Positions 12,438-24,457 of a stretch of DNA of 64,000 bases are shown here, in pieces. The notes beneath the pieces were generated by a model. The model was not told where the DNA came from. It was given only the letters and a program-made list of their open reading frames with translations, and ran no database searches. How positions within the stretch are numbered: the stretch's first letter is position 1; each line of letters starts with the position of its first letter. Source of the DNA: Lytechinus pictus (lineage: Eukaryota); contig NC_087245.1 in the NCBI RefSeq assembly GCF_037042905.1, positions 33,544,001 through 33,608,000 of the forward strand, written 5' to 3'. A program made the translations under genes and the position numbers.

Positions 12438-13711
12438 ATGAAGTCGCCATCCATTCGCAAAGCACGCTAGACTCAATTGAAATATAAAATTGCAGTTCTC
12501 CAACATCAGCATAACCTAATGGCACTGACTATTCACCAACTACAAGTCTCCAGAGAGAGAAAGGAAAAAAGTCAACGAAGATACTGGGTCCGACCCTGGA
12601 TCGGAAGGAGAAGACAGTTTGGCTTGTATGATCAACTTCTTGTAGAGCTCCGCAACGAAGACCAGGCAGCCTTCAAAAATTTCATGCGAATGCCACCAGA
12701 GATGTTCGACGAACTGCTAACAAGAGTGGGCCCGAGTATCACCAAACAGAATACAACCTACAGAGATGCCCTCAATCCTGGCCTGAAGCTTGCTCTCACC
12801 CTTCAACATCTTGCGTCTGGGACCAAGTATCGCTCAATGTCCTCAGTATCGCTCACAATACCATATCCCTGCTCATCCCAGATGTGTGCCAGGCCATCAT
12901 CGAAGAGGACAAGGGTGAGATGATGAAGTGCCCCACAACTCCCAATGAGTGGCGTGCCATATCTGACCAGTTCATGGAGAAGTGGAACTTCCCCCATACA
13001 TGTGGTGCACTCGATGGAAAGCATGTCAGCTGCAAATGTCCAAACTACAAAGGATTCTACTCCGTTGTCCTCATGGCGCTCGTAGATGCTGATTATCGCT
13101 TCATCTGGGTAGACATTGGTGGTATGGGATCGGCATCGGACGCTCAGATCTACAATGCTTCTGAGCTGAGAGAATGTGTTGAAGATGGCAGTTTAGGCCT
13201 CCCGGATCCAGATCCTCTTCCCAACGACAACCAGGATGTACCATACTTTTTCGTCGGCGACGATGCATTCGCTCTACGCCCTAACATGATGAAGCCGTAC
13301 AGTCTTAGAGGTATGACGCAGTCGGAGAGCATCTTCAATTATCGGCTTTCCCGAGCCAGAAGGGTTGTCGAAAATGCCTTCGGCATTCTGTCCAACAGGT
13401 ATCAAAATCTCCTGACCACAATGCAGCAGCAGCCAGCTACCGTCAAGCTCATTGTCACGGCATGCATCATCCTCCACAACTTGATGAGGACAAGGTACCC
13501 AGGTATGCAGAACCAGCAGCTTGACCGTGCCGAGGACCTTGGTCATGACTACGTCCCAGGAGCATGGAGATCATGCCTTAACATGCAAGACACCATCTCT
13601 GTCGCTGGCAGCAATACCTCCAGCAGGGAAGGAAAAAGGCAGAGGAATCTTATCAAGCACTGGGTCAACTCCGAAGCCGGTGCCGTTCCATGGCAGGAGA
13701 AAATGATATAG
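12438..13711 (+). pseudogene. Harbinger (HARBI1/ALP1-like) DDE transposase, disrupted
   Basis: Motifs YWVRPW, FKNFMRM, GALDGKH, GDDAFAL, FNYRLSRARRVVENAFGIL and ACIILHN. Lesions: in-frame TAG near 12468, frameshift near 12840 between ORFs 12477-12923 and 12884-13711, and an apparent short deletion at CKCP|NYKGF. Confidence 0.92.
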
Positions 13712-15760
13712 ACATTTATGTGAACAGTTCGGGCAGCTTTGATTATACAGAGATGTGATTGGATGATGGTTGATTAATGCTTTGTACTATTTCATTTCAT
13801 TCTTTATAAACTGTTTATTTGACAAGCATGCACTTGCAAACATACATAATTATACAAACGCACACACACACGCTCGCTAACAGCGCAAATACATTTGATT
13901 ACAAATCCACACACACTTTTCTCCTACATGTGTCTATTCTTAGTTTTTTTCATATTTCCCCTCTCTTTACCTTTTGGCTCTTCTTTGTAAAGAAACCTGC
14001 CGGAAACTTTTTTTTTCTTCAAAACTTAACTTTTGTTTTCCCTGCCTGATAAATTGACACTGATTTGAATATAAAATATTTTCAAACTATTTTTCTCTGG
14101 TAGTGTAAGTAACAAAATATATTTTCTTAATAACATAGTATTATTTCTACAAATGGATACATTGCTTTATAGGTTTTTTTTTTTGTACTGGATATCACCT
14201 GAGTCTTTTTTACCAAATGTGTTCTAATGTACTTCTGCTCCCATTTTCCTGATATCCCTTTCAATTCCTATTCTTTATCTTTTTTCATTATTCATGTCCT
14301 CTCTTTAATTATGTAATTATATTTTGTAATTATCATAAATTAGAGCTATTTCAAGAACTAAATGTATTCGCGTTTTTATATTTCCATTTCATTGATTATT
14401 ATGTCGACTTGTATATTGTGTAGATCCAACTTGCATGTTGAAGAAGTATAAGTTTAATAAACACATTTTCATGTAGTTTGACAGGAAACAGGACTGTATT
14501 GTATTTATTCATTGCACCAATTGTTTTTATTAAAGGCCTTGCAAAGTTAAATTAGTTATACCCCCATCCACTTTTAGTGGGAGGAAGGAAGGGGGAGGGG
14601 TACAAAACAGAAATGGAATAAACTAAAATCATTATAAGTGTTTTCTTTCTTAGCATTTCTATAACATTAAACTCTTTGTCTTAATCTTTTGCATTAAATT
14701 TTCATTTTATTAACTTGGCAAGTCCCCTTCATGCTTGACCCATTAAACTCAAGATTTAGTTTACCATAGTTACTATATCAGTTTTCATTGTTTATTGGTA
14801 TGATTTGAAGCTATTCCGGTAGTAGCAAATCAATAGTTAAAACAATATAAACGAACAAAAATGAACAAAAAATTGGTACAAGCACTGAAACTTTAATTGA
14901 GGTACTTGTTTAAGAGGGATAGTTTCCATAATCTACTGCACATTAAACAAGACGTGCTATAATTAGAAGGACAAAATCGATTGATTACGGTGAAATAAAC
15001 ATTTTATTGTGTTCAATAACCAACGCTTTCTCTTTTGACATTTTTGTAATATTAAAATCGAATACAAAGCACATTGTTTAACAGTTGAAATGAGAGGTTG
15101 ATAACAATCATTTACCAAGACATTCATTACCACTTGTTATCAATCCACACTGTCAACGTGAGAAATGGGCAAACACAAAGGATATTATTTCAATTAAACA
15201 TATGAAATAACAAATTTTCTATTTGAAATACTTGTAACAATTTTATTTTTTAACTTAAAAAAACGGATGAATACAAAACACATTAATTGTACGTTGAAAC
15301 GATTCAATATCTAACCTTTTCTCTATCAACAATCGCTTTTTAACAATGAAATAAAATACTACAAAACGTTTTGTGTAAAAGCAATTATTTATCACCACTT
15401 TTTTAAAACTTGTTTTCAATCTTTTATACAACTACACTGTCTATATGAGAAATATGCAAACACGAAATGCTTTGTTTCACATAAATATAACCTAATTATC
15501 CAACTTCCTAATTGTACAACTTATAACACTTTTTTCCATTTACAAAACTCATGAACATTAAACACGGATGAAGAAAGAAACATTATTTTCACATTCAAAA
15601 TATTAAATAACCAACATGACTATTGTCAACTTCTTAACAATTAATAGATGCTTAAAACTCGCCACCGCGTCCTCATTATTTAAAAGCTCAACAATGAAAT
15701 ATGTCTTAAAATCCAAAACTGTCCTTGTGCATCTTTCTATAGCGTTCCTCCCAATCTTGA

Positions 15761-17570
15761 TCAAGACTGATTCTCACCGGCACCAGACATAGTAGGAGTA
15801 TTTAAATCCCTGGGTGTCATCTGGCCCGAGGTCGAAGATGCCATCTGACCTGAGGTTGAAGATGTCTCCAATAATGAAGATAAGCCTGATATGTTAGCCA
15901 TATCTCCGAGGTCCCGCTCACAGGTTGTGGGGGAGCACTTGGTGGGCACTGCGGATGATATCGGACACGCTCTGCTGCTGCTTGGGGTGGTGGTATTGAT
16001 GCTGCTGCTGATATCGATGTTGATGATTGGGGTGCTGGTGTTGCTGATGCTGCTGCTGCGGGTATTGATGTGGCTGCAGTTGGGTGTAAGGCAGATGGTG
16101 GGAGAGCTGCGTTGGACCTTGAGGAGGCGGCGGGATCTGTACCTCTCCACGTAACCGCAGTCCTGGGATTGCCATATCGATGCAGTTGGTGGTTTGGTGC
16201 TCTTCCACAGGTCTGGGGCCGGCTGCCACTGCTCCGCCGGCTTGGGAGAGGACGAGAAGGGGGGGGGGTGCAGAGCTGGGTTGGAAGGAGCTGGAACGTG
16301 ATGGTGTGACTCGTGGAGGCTCTTCCTCGTCGCTATCTTCCATAGCCTCTTCTAGGATCCTGCTGATTGCCGTGCGCGCCTTTTTGAATTTTCGTTCCGA
16401 CAAGTTCAACAGTGTCCCCTTCACGTAGTTCCCAAAGACTTCTGCAGGTGTCTGTGGTCGCATTGCCTGCTGCAACTGGATCATCTGCTGGCTAGACTCC
16501 TGCAGCCGCTCCTGTAATGTGGCCAGGACTGTGTCTTCCAACTTCGTGCTCTTTCTCTTTCTACCAGCATTATGGGAAGATTTTGGAGCCTGTTCCTCCT
16601 CTTCGGTCACCTCCATGACGACCAGGGCGCACTCAGTTTCAGCAGCCGAGAGATCTCCACTGTTTGCATTAATTGTATCCTTCACCTGTAAGCACAAAAC
16701 AAAAATATACCATGATTTACAAACAATATTTTTTAAACATTCCTAAGGCTAAATTGACTACAAAGTTTGGTATAAAAACATTCGACCTATAGATACAATT
16801 ACATTTTTTGAACGATGGTAACATCACAAGTTAAATAACATTAAACAATATAAAAAGTTCAAAAATATGTACTTACACTGCTAAGTGGCTCTGGTCTGTG
16901 GTACACGATCTTTTGAAGAAATTGGAACTTCTTCAATGTCCAGAGCTCCCTCTCTGTAAATACCCGTTGCCCGGACCCAGACTTAGGTATCTTTTCTAGT
17001 CGCGTGAAGTTGTCCCTCATGCCCCTGAACCAACCTTGCAGATGAGATACCTCCTTGGACGTGGTTTCCGCCTGCTTCTGCCACGCAGCGTTCTTCAGAT
17101 CTGTCCTCCTGTAGTTCATAACTTTCTTGTTCCATAGCATCTCGTGTTCCTCCAGGAAGGCGACCATCAATTCCTCCTCCTCATCGGACAGCTTGTTGGC
17201 CCTTTTTTCTCTCTTTTTGCCTTTTTTTTTGGAGGATCTCTGCGACTGACGACACATGCGATGCCAGTGACACATGGCTGTCTACGGACCCAGTATGCGA
17301 ATGAGTGGGGGAGCGTTGAGGGGACGAGGAAGGAAAGGATTGAGCATCCACCACGTCACCATGCTCAAGGGCAACATCAGGGTCCAGACTGGGCTGGCGA
17401 TGGTCCAGGTTGGGAGTAAGCTCATGATCCAGGCTGGTCTCCCGATGATCCGGGTTGGCAATAAGCTCATGGTCTTGGCTTGGCTGCTGAGTGTCCGGAT
17501 TGGGGTTGGGAAGCTCCTTGTTGCCTCTGCGGCCTCCACGACCTCTTCCTTTACGACGACCACCAGTCAT
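15761..17570 (-). pseudogene. Harbinger DNA-binding partner gene (MADF/Myb-SANT-like), two exons, frameshifted
   Basis: ATG at 17570 (MTGGRRKG); MADF-like LWNKK...AAWQKQA...GWFRGMRDNF...KSGSG in ORF 16859-17275; GT-AG intron 16686-16876; exon 2 in ORF 15918-16697. Frame breaks at homopolymer runs near 17225 and probably 16260; the true stop is uncertain. Confidence 0.85.
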
Positions 17571-19971
17571 TGTCTTTGTTACCAAGATGCAAAGATGAAA
17601 ATTTGGGTTGTAGGTCTAAACTTATCGCTACACGAGGTTCTTTTTAGTTTTGCAGCCACAGTCACGTGACTGGAAGTTTTCGGTCGCGGGCTGCGCGTTG
17701 AACGCGCAGTGCATGCGCTAGCCATTCGTTCAACACGCTCGCAATACGTGATGCATTCGTTGGGAGGTTTTGTATATGCGCTCTGTGTACGGTCAGTATG
17801 CGCCAAGTATACGTGCAGCGCGTAAGCAATATGTTATGTATTCGATGCAAGTTCGCTAGCCTTTCACAAATTCTGACAAGAGTTGAGCGCACAACGACGC
17901 ACTGGTCATATTTTCCAATTTTCAATGCGCGGGTCGGGCGTCAGGCTATATGTGACCGGGCCTTTAGGAAGGTCCACTCCGCTCAGATTTTGTGACCATT
18001 TTCTCCCAGAGCACTTTTTTGGACGATTGTAGAGTTGATTTTTTTTCGTTTGTTCAATTTTACTATTTATTATTGATAATAAAACCTCCAAGAAAATATG
18101 TCAAATAATATTATTTTAGCATATTTGTATTCTTTAAAAATTGTAAAACAAAAGGTAATCATGATTCTTGTAGTTTACATGGCAATGAAAATACATAGAC
18201 TAATGACATTTGTGTTACCGTTCTTCTGCTTAATTTCGCTGCCCCTACCAAATCTACACAAACTAACGCCAGAGCCAAGACCGTGATGCTCTGGTCTGGC
18301 CGCGCCGAAACTTCCCCGGTCATCTGTACCTCGGTGCGCTTACTGCACTGCGTGAATGATAATGCTGACTGCACTGCACTGGCATGATAATCTCGACGCG
18401 ACTCGACTTAGCTAGATATGGACTTGAAAGATATAGACTTGGTCTGTCATTGATGTGGCACTATGGCGGATGAGCAACGATAAATATTCAAGGTTAGAAT
18501 TTTAATTTTCACTTAGAGTGTAGATTGTAGTCTGAAAATCTAAAATAATTATGCTATATCCACAAATCCAACCCACATTTTGCAATCCATCAGGCAAGAT
18601 CGAATACGACCACTAAACAGCAAAGCCAAGTCCCAGACCCAGTCTAACGTTAGACATAATATTAGACAGCAATTATCTGGTTCATTATCGAGCTATGTAT
18701 ATTCCGACGGGTCTTGACTTGAGACGAACTATCAAGGGGCGAAGGTCTATGTCACATCTACTTTTTTCATTTCATAATTTTACAAAAATTTGTGTTAGCA
18801 TATGCATGCAGCCCACCGTACCCTACCTCAGCACCGACCGGCCCGGGGCGCCGGCGCGGTCATGCCAGCCATGGCGCTTGTATAAGAGGCGGTGCTGGAT
18901 TGTGTAGGCGCATTATGGTGCAGCGAAATTTAGATGAAGACGTATCAACCTCACGTATACATGTTATCATATTGATATGCAAAGTCATAAAACTGTTGTC
19001 ACCACCATGTAATATTTTATGAAAAATAAAGGAACAAGTATTTCATATTTTTAAGCATGATATTTAATGTAAAAACATTTCAAGCAAAAATAATGATAAA
19101 GAGGAAATGAAAATAAATCAACTCTACAATCTACTAAAAAAGTGCTCTGAGAGGTTTTCGGTGGTCACAAAATGACTTGGCTAAATCCGGGTGAAATTAG
19201 CAGACTAGTTTATTTATGACAGAATGTCCTGTGTTACTGAAGATGTACAAAAAAATTGTGACAATAATTTAGTGATATATTATTTTAAGAATTTGGTACA
19301 TTATTATTTAATTTTTTATATATTTTTTGTTTTCATTGTTTTAATCTACTATTGTCATAATCTATTAGTTTACCTCAACGAACGTAGAGGGCAGCAACAC
19401 ACGACAGTGTTGCTTTTAGGAAGGTCCACTCCGCTCAGATTTTGTGACCACTTAAGCCCCGCCCCTCACTCAGCGCACTTTTTTGGTAGATTGTAGAGTT
19501 GATTTTTTTTCGTTTGTTCAATTATACTATTTTTTATGGATACTGAAAACTCCACGAAATAATGTTAATATTCTTTAATAACTGTTCATTTATTTTTTGA
19601 AAAAAGTAAGACAAAACGTAATCATGATTCTTGTAGTTTGCACATCAATAAACATACATAGTCGGATGACATTGAATTACCTCTTTTCTGCTTAATTTCG
19701 CTGCCCCTACAAAGCTACACCAACCAACACGAGAGCCAATACCTTGATCTTCTGGCATAGCCGCGCCGAAACTTCCGGGACACATCGGTGCGCGTACTGC
19801 GCAAATGCAATGCTGGCCGCACTAGCAGGACTGGCAGGATATCTAGACGCTACTCGACTTAGCCAGATATGGACTTGAACGATATGGACTTAATCTGTCA
19901 TTGATGTGGCACTAACTGCCAGTTGCAACGATAAATGATCAAGGTTAGGATCCGAATTTTCCCCTACAGTG

Positions 19972-20530
19972 CCCGGCCCCCCCCCCCCACTCAGTGTTAT
20001 TTAGGGTACGCCTATGCTCGTTCCCTCCCTTTGAAAGCACCCCCCTATCGGAGGTCTGCCAAAATTTCTGAACCCCCCTTTCGAGGGCTTCTCGCGGGCT
20101 TTTTCTGCCTTAGAGACCCCCTAAATCCGAAATACTGCTCAATGTACCCCCTATCTCAGGTGAGCTCTAATTCCAACAAAAGGTCCGTACTTAAATTTTC
20201 AAAATGAAATAATCCTGAATTCAGGATTATTCAGGCTCATTCGAATAAGCTTTCAAAACTAGCAGGAATCTCAGGAATTCGATCCCGGGATTTGATCAAT
20301 TTTTCTGTGTTATTCAAAATATTTTATAACCCCCTTTTAAAATTTCTCAGGAGTCCGAAGAGAGAGATAAAAAACACCCCCTTTTTAAAGAAATCTCCGG
20401 GTGAAAATACAAATACACCCCCCTTTTTTACAATTCGCGGACCGGACTTGTCCCGCGAAAAAGTATCCCTTTACCGGACATTTTGGGAACACGCATGCGG
20501 TCCTTCCGACCCCGGAGTGAGGGGGCCGGG
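19972..20530. mobile_element. CCCGG-terminated non-autonomous DNA element in copy B
   Basis: Termini CCCGGCCCCC / GGGGGCCGGG; 8-bp TSD CTACAGTG (19964-19971, 20531-20538). Confidence 0.85.
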
Positions 20531-21392
20531 CTACAGTGTAGATCGGAGTCTGAAAGTATAAAAGAATTAATCGATATCCACGAATCCGACCCAACTTTTT
20601 TGCAAGACATCAGGCAGAGCTCGAATACGGCCACCAGTCAAGCTCAAGCCCAGGTAAGTCCTAGTCTAAAGTTAGACCTAATTAACAGACCAAAATTATC
20701 TGGTCCAGTATCGAGCCATATATGTTTTGACGGGCCTTGACTTGTGAACTATCAAGAGACGAAGGTATATGTCACAGCTACTTTTTTAATTCCATAATTT
20801 CATCCTAATTTGTGCAATTAGCATGCACAAATACCAGCCAACCGTATCCTACCTCCGCATCGACCGGCCGGCCGGGGCGCTGGCGCGGTCAGCCATGGCG
20901 CTTGCACTGTTGCTGGATATTGTGTAGGCGCATTAATGTGGTGCAGCGAAACATAGATGAAGAATGTTCAACCTCACGTATATTTGTTATCATGTTGATA
21001 TGCCAAAGTCATGAAATTGTTTTCACCACCACGTAATATTTTAGGAAAAATACAGAAATAAATATTGAATATTTTTATGCGTGATATTTGCTGTAAAAGT
21101 CTATCAAGTAAAAATGTTGAAAATGAGGAAAAAAAAAAATCAACTCTACAATTTACTAAAAAAGTGCGCTGAGTGAGGGGCGGAGCTTAATAGCGGTCAC
21201 AAAATGAGCTTGACTAAATCGGGGTGAAATTAGCAGATTGGTTTATTTGATGGCATAATCAATCCTGTTTACTGAAGAATTAAAAAAAGAAAAGACAATA
21301 ATCTGGTAATATTTTTAATTTTGAAATGTGGTACATTTTTTGTCAATTGTTTTTATATTTTTCTATTTCTATTATTGGGATTTAGTCTTGTC

Positions 21393-22608
21393 CAACGAAC
21401 GTAGAGGGCAGCAACACACAAGCGTGTTGCTCTAAGGAAGGTCAACTCCGCTCGAATTTTGTGACCACTCTAAAAAATAAGGTGGGGTTTTGGGAAATTT
21501 GTCGAGTTGATTTTTTTTCATTTGTTAATTTCAAATATTTTTTAATGAACAATTATTAGATCGGTTATTCTGGGTATAAATATTAAAGATATTACTTTTA
21601 TTTTTAAAGAAAATATTTAGCTTAAATAATCATGATTTTGAAATTTTCCTCATTTTGGAATATTAAGTCTATGACGAGGATACCTCATATCTCTTATTTT
21701 CTTCTGCTGAATTTCGCTGCACCACTAATAAATGCATAGACAACCACCGTAATAAGCGAGGTCATTTTTCTGGCCTGGGTGCGCCGAGTCTGGGCCGGTC
21801 GCGCAGCTAGCTAGTGACGTTGATGATGCGCTGGGGCTTCAGGCGACTCGTCATAGACCTTCTAGCAACATAGACAATGACGTCCAATTTGCCTAGTCTG
21901 ATTTGAAGTGCAATTGCTTCAGGGCTGATGTTTATCAACGATGATTGTTCAAGGTTAGATTTCAAATTTTTAATTTCATTCGACTTTTAAATCTATAAAT
22001 CTGAAATAAAGGCGCTGTTTCCCCGAAATCCGGGTCTAAGTTTCAACTTCGAGTCCGAGACTATGGACGGCGAAAAAACCCCATGCATCGGATGCATTGC
22101 ATTGGCTGCGCGCTGCGCTGCAGCTGCACTGTGATGATGGGTTCAGCGAAGAGCTCAGAGAAAATAAGGTGGTCATATTCAATCCCGAAATGCTTTGCGA
22201 GTGGTCACAAAATCGTCTCGACGCAAATCACCTAATACAGCCGTCTGGTGAAATCGCTGATAACAACAATCACCGATTTGGTAATGATTTAGTTTCTAAA
22301 ACTTATATTTGTAAAGTTTTAAATATCAACGTATGTTTTTAAATGTATGTATATTCTCCAACATAATTTTTTAATGTTATCTTTGATATCGTTGTAGTCA
22401 TATTCTTTCATATTGTTTTCGTGATCGCTACTAATTTGTTGTTGTATTGGAACCGCGTATGATTTCGTTGGCATAAATGATAAAATATGCGCGTACCTCA
22501 GCTGCATGCGCGTATCGAGTTGACCTTCCTTAGAGCAACACGCTTGTCAGAGTTATCAATAGATTGATAACTCTGACGCTTGTGTTTTGCTGCCCTCTAC
22601 GTTCGTTG
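21393..22608 (+). mobile_element. CAACG-TIR copy C (diverged subfamily, about 1.2 kb) nested in copy B
   Basis: TIRs share private variants (ACAAGCGTG loop, GGTCAACTC); perfect 8-bp TSD GTCTTGTC (21385-21392, 22609-22616). Confidence 0.92.
22548..22575. mobile_element. 28-bp palindromic mini-insertion in the right TIR of copy C
   Basis: CAGAGTTATCAAT-AG-ATTGATAACTCTG flanked by an 8-bp duplication ACGCTTGT (22540-22547, 22576-22583); absent from the left TIR. Confidence 0.85.
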
Positions 22609-24124
22609 GTCTTGTCATAATCTGTTATTTTACCTCTATTTTGTTATTAATCTCTGAATGTATCGCGTCGGTTCATGGTTTCGTTGGCATGCCTACCAAA
22701 TTGTGCGCGCACTTCATTTGTATGCGCGTATCGAGTGGACCTTCCTAAAAGCAACACTGTCGTGTGTTGCTGCCCTCTACGTTCGTTGGTTTACCTATAT
22801 TTTGCTGTCACTCCGTGAGTGTATTGTATCGGATCATGGTTTCGTTGGCATGACTACCAAATTGCTCGCGCACTTCATTTGTATGTGCGTATCGAGTGGA
22901 CCTTCCTATTTTTAGCAACACGCTTGTGTGTTGCTGCCCTCTACGTTCGTTGTACGCGTGTAGCCTGCTGGCGAGCTGCGCAAATGCAGCTGCCCTAGAT
23001 AGATATCATGCGCGCTCGTGGGATTTTGATTTTTGCTTTCAGGTGTTGTAAAATACAAATACCGAATATTTATTGTAATGAAAAAAATATATCGCAGAAT
23101 CGTTTTCTTCAGGGTATGGATCGATACATCACCCTATATATGAGGTTCTGTATACAAGCTACCGTGCAGAAATTGCTGGTATATGCCACGATCGCGGCCA
23201 TATACCGGATTACGTAATTCCAAAAAAAGGGCAATTGACCAATCAGAAGCCTTCTCTCATACAACCCATCTTATATAATATTATACAAATAATGAATATT
23301 TATGAGTGCAATGGACAGAATACTTCATGAGGTGAAAGATGAAATGATCCATCTTTCACCGAATGAAGTATTCTGTTCATTGCACAAATGAAAAAAAAAA
23401 AATCATTATTTGGTTTATATGACACCTGAAAATTGAGTTTGGTCTGTTTATTGTTACGTCATTACACCATGCGCTTTGCTGGTGCCTGCAGCCGCAGCAT
23501 GAGCTGCGGAGCTGCAATGACAATGACAATGACAATGATTTTATTTACCCATGTCACCCTAATTCGGGTATTGGGGACACTCATAGAACATAACATATTC
23601 AAACCATTTCAATTATATTTACAAAGTATTTACAAATATATACAATCACATATTTACAGAGTAATGGAATAAATACTACATGAAATTACTTTAGAGACGT
23701 AGTAACGGTCAGTGAAAGGAATGATGTGTCTCTAAATCGATTGGTGAGAGAAGGGGGAGAGACAAAAAGGAAAAAGAAGAAAAGAGAGAAGGAAAAACAA
23801 AAGGGGAAGAGAAAAAAGAAAAGAACAAAAAGATAAATGCAGTCTCGGTGCGCGCGTGCAATGGGCAAAATCGTATGGATCCAAAATTGCACGGTTGATG
23901 ACGTCATTGCAAAATGGGCTGTCATATAACATACAATAATTTCTTCTTCCCCCACTACATTTCTTTCTCCCTCTTTTTCCCCTTTTCCCTTGTTTTTTTT
24001 TGCCAGCCGATTGGAGGCGGGGCATTTGCCCCCCGTGTCTCCCCCTATATTTACGCCACTGATAACGGAATCAGCCAGGTTCGCCATGGATATCCTATGA
24101 TTTTTGGTTGAAATTTATAATTAC

Positions 24125-24457
24125 CTAGTGGTTCGTAACAGGAGACTGAAATATTGAATCCTTCCCTTCTTCCCCGTTTAGATGTACCGAATTCAATATG
24201 AAGGGTATGTCCTAACGTCAAATAAGGAGGGAATTGAATATCCTGGCCTGTGTAACGTTTAACAGTTAGAACATCTACAGCGTCTATTACATCCACGTAA
24301 TCCTTTGGTGACTCCACACTAAAGTAATGAAACGTGACAATGATCCTTTTATCCAAAGTCGCGTTGATGTACCATTCCTGGGAAATATCATTTGGGTAAA
24401 GAGAAGGATATTCTAGAGATGTAATCGTGGCGGTACTTGAGCAATCCAATGTCAGGT
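24125..24457 (-). CDS. Internal exon encoding one CUB domain of a host extracellular/membrane protein
   Basis: CSSTATITSLEYPSLYPND..EWYI...IIVTFHYFSVE...DYVDVID...YTG...LHIEFGTS...EGFNIS matches the CUB pattern; acceptor TTTCACAG and donor G|GTAATT; 333 bp, phase 1-1, no stops. Confidence 0.88.

Larger units (their letters stand above)
12210..17963 (+). mobile_element. Full-length PIF/Harbinger transposon (5754 bp)
   Basis: Perfect 18-bp TIR AGGCCCGGTCACATATAG, TSD TTA (12207-12209, 17964-17966), convergent transposase and MADF/Myb genes. Confidence 0.95.
19376..22788 (+). mobile_element. CAACG-TIR copy B nested in copy A (about 1.6 kb net)
   Basis: 56-bp TIRs matching at both ends; perfect 8-bp TSD GTTTACCT (19368-19375, 22789-22796). 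Confidence 0.92.
12167..22952 (+). mobile_element. CAACG-TIR non-autonomous DNA transposon, outer copy A (about 1.6 kb net of insertions)
   Basis: TIRs at both ends; TACGCGT duplicated at 12160-12166 and 22953-22959; contains the Harbinger and copy B. Confidence 0.85.

Noticed and set aside
9217..22952. Recurring 56-bp motif as a CRISPR or recombination-site array
   Set aside because: Copies are in both orientations, irregularly spaced and pair up as TIRs with TSDs; the context is eukaryotic and no cas or recombinase gene is seen.
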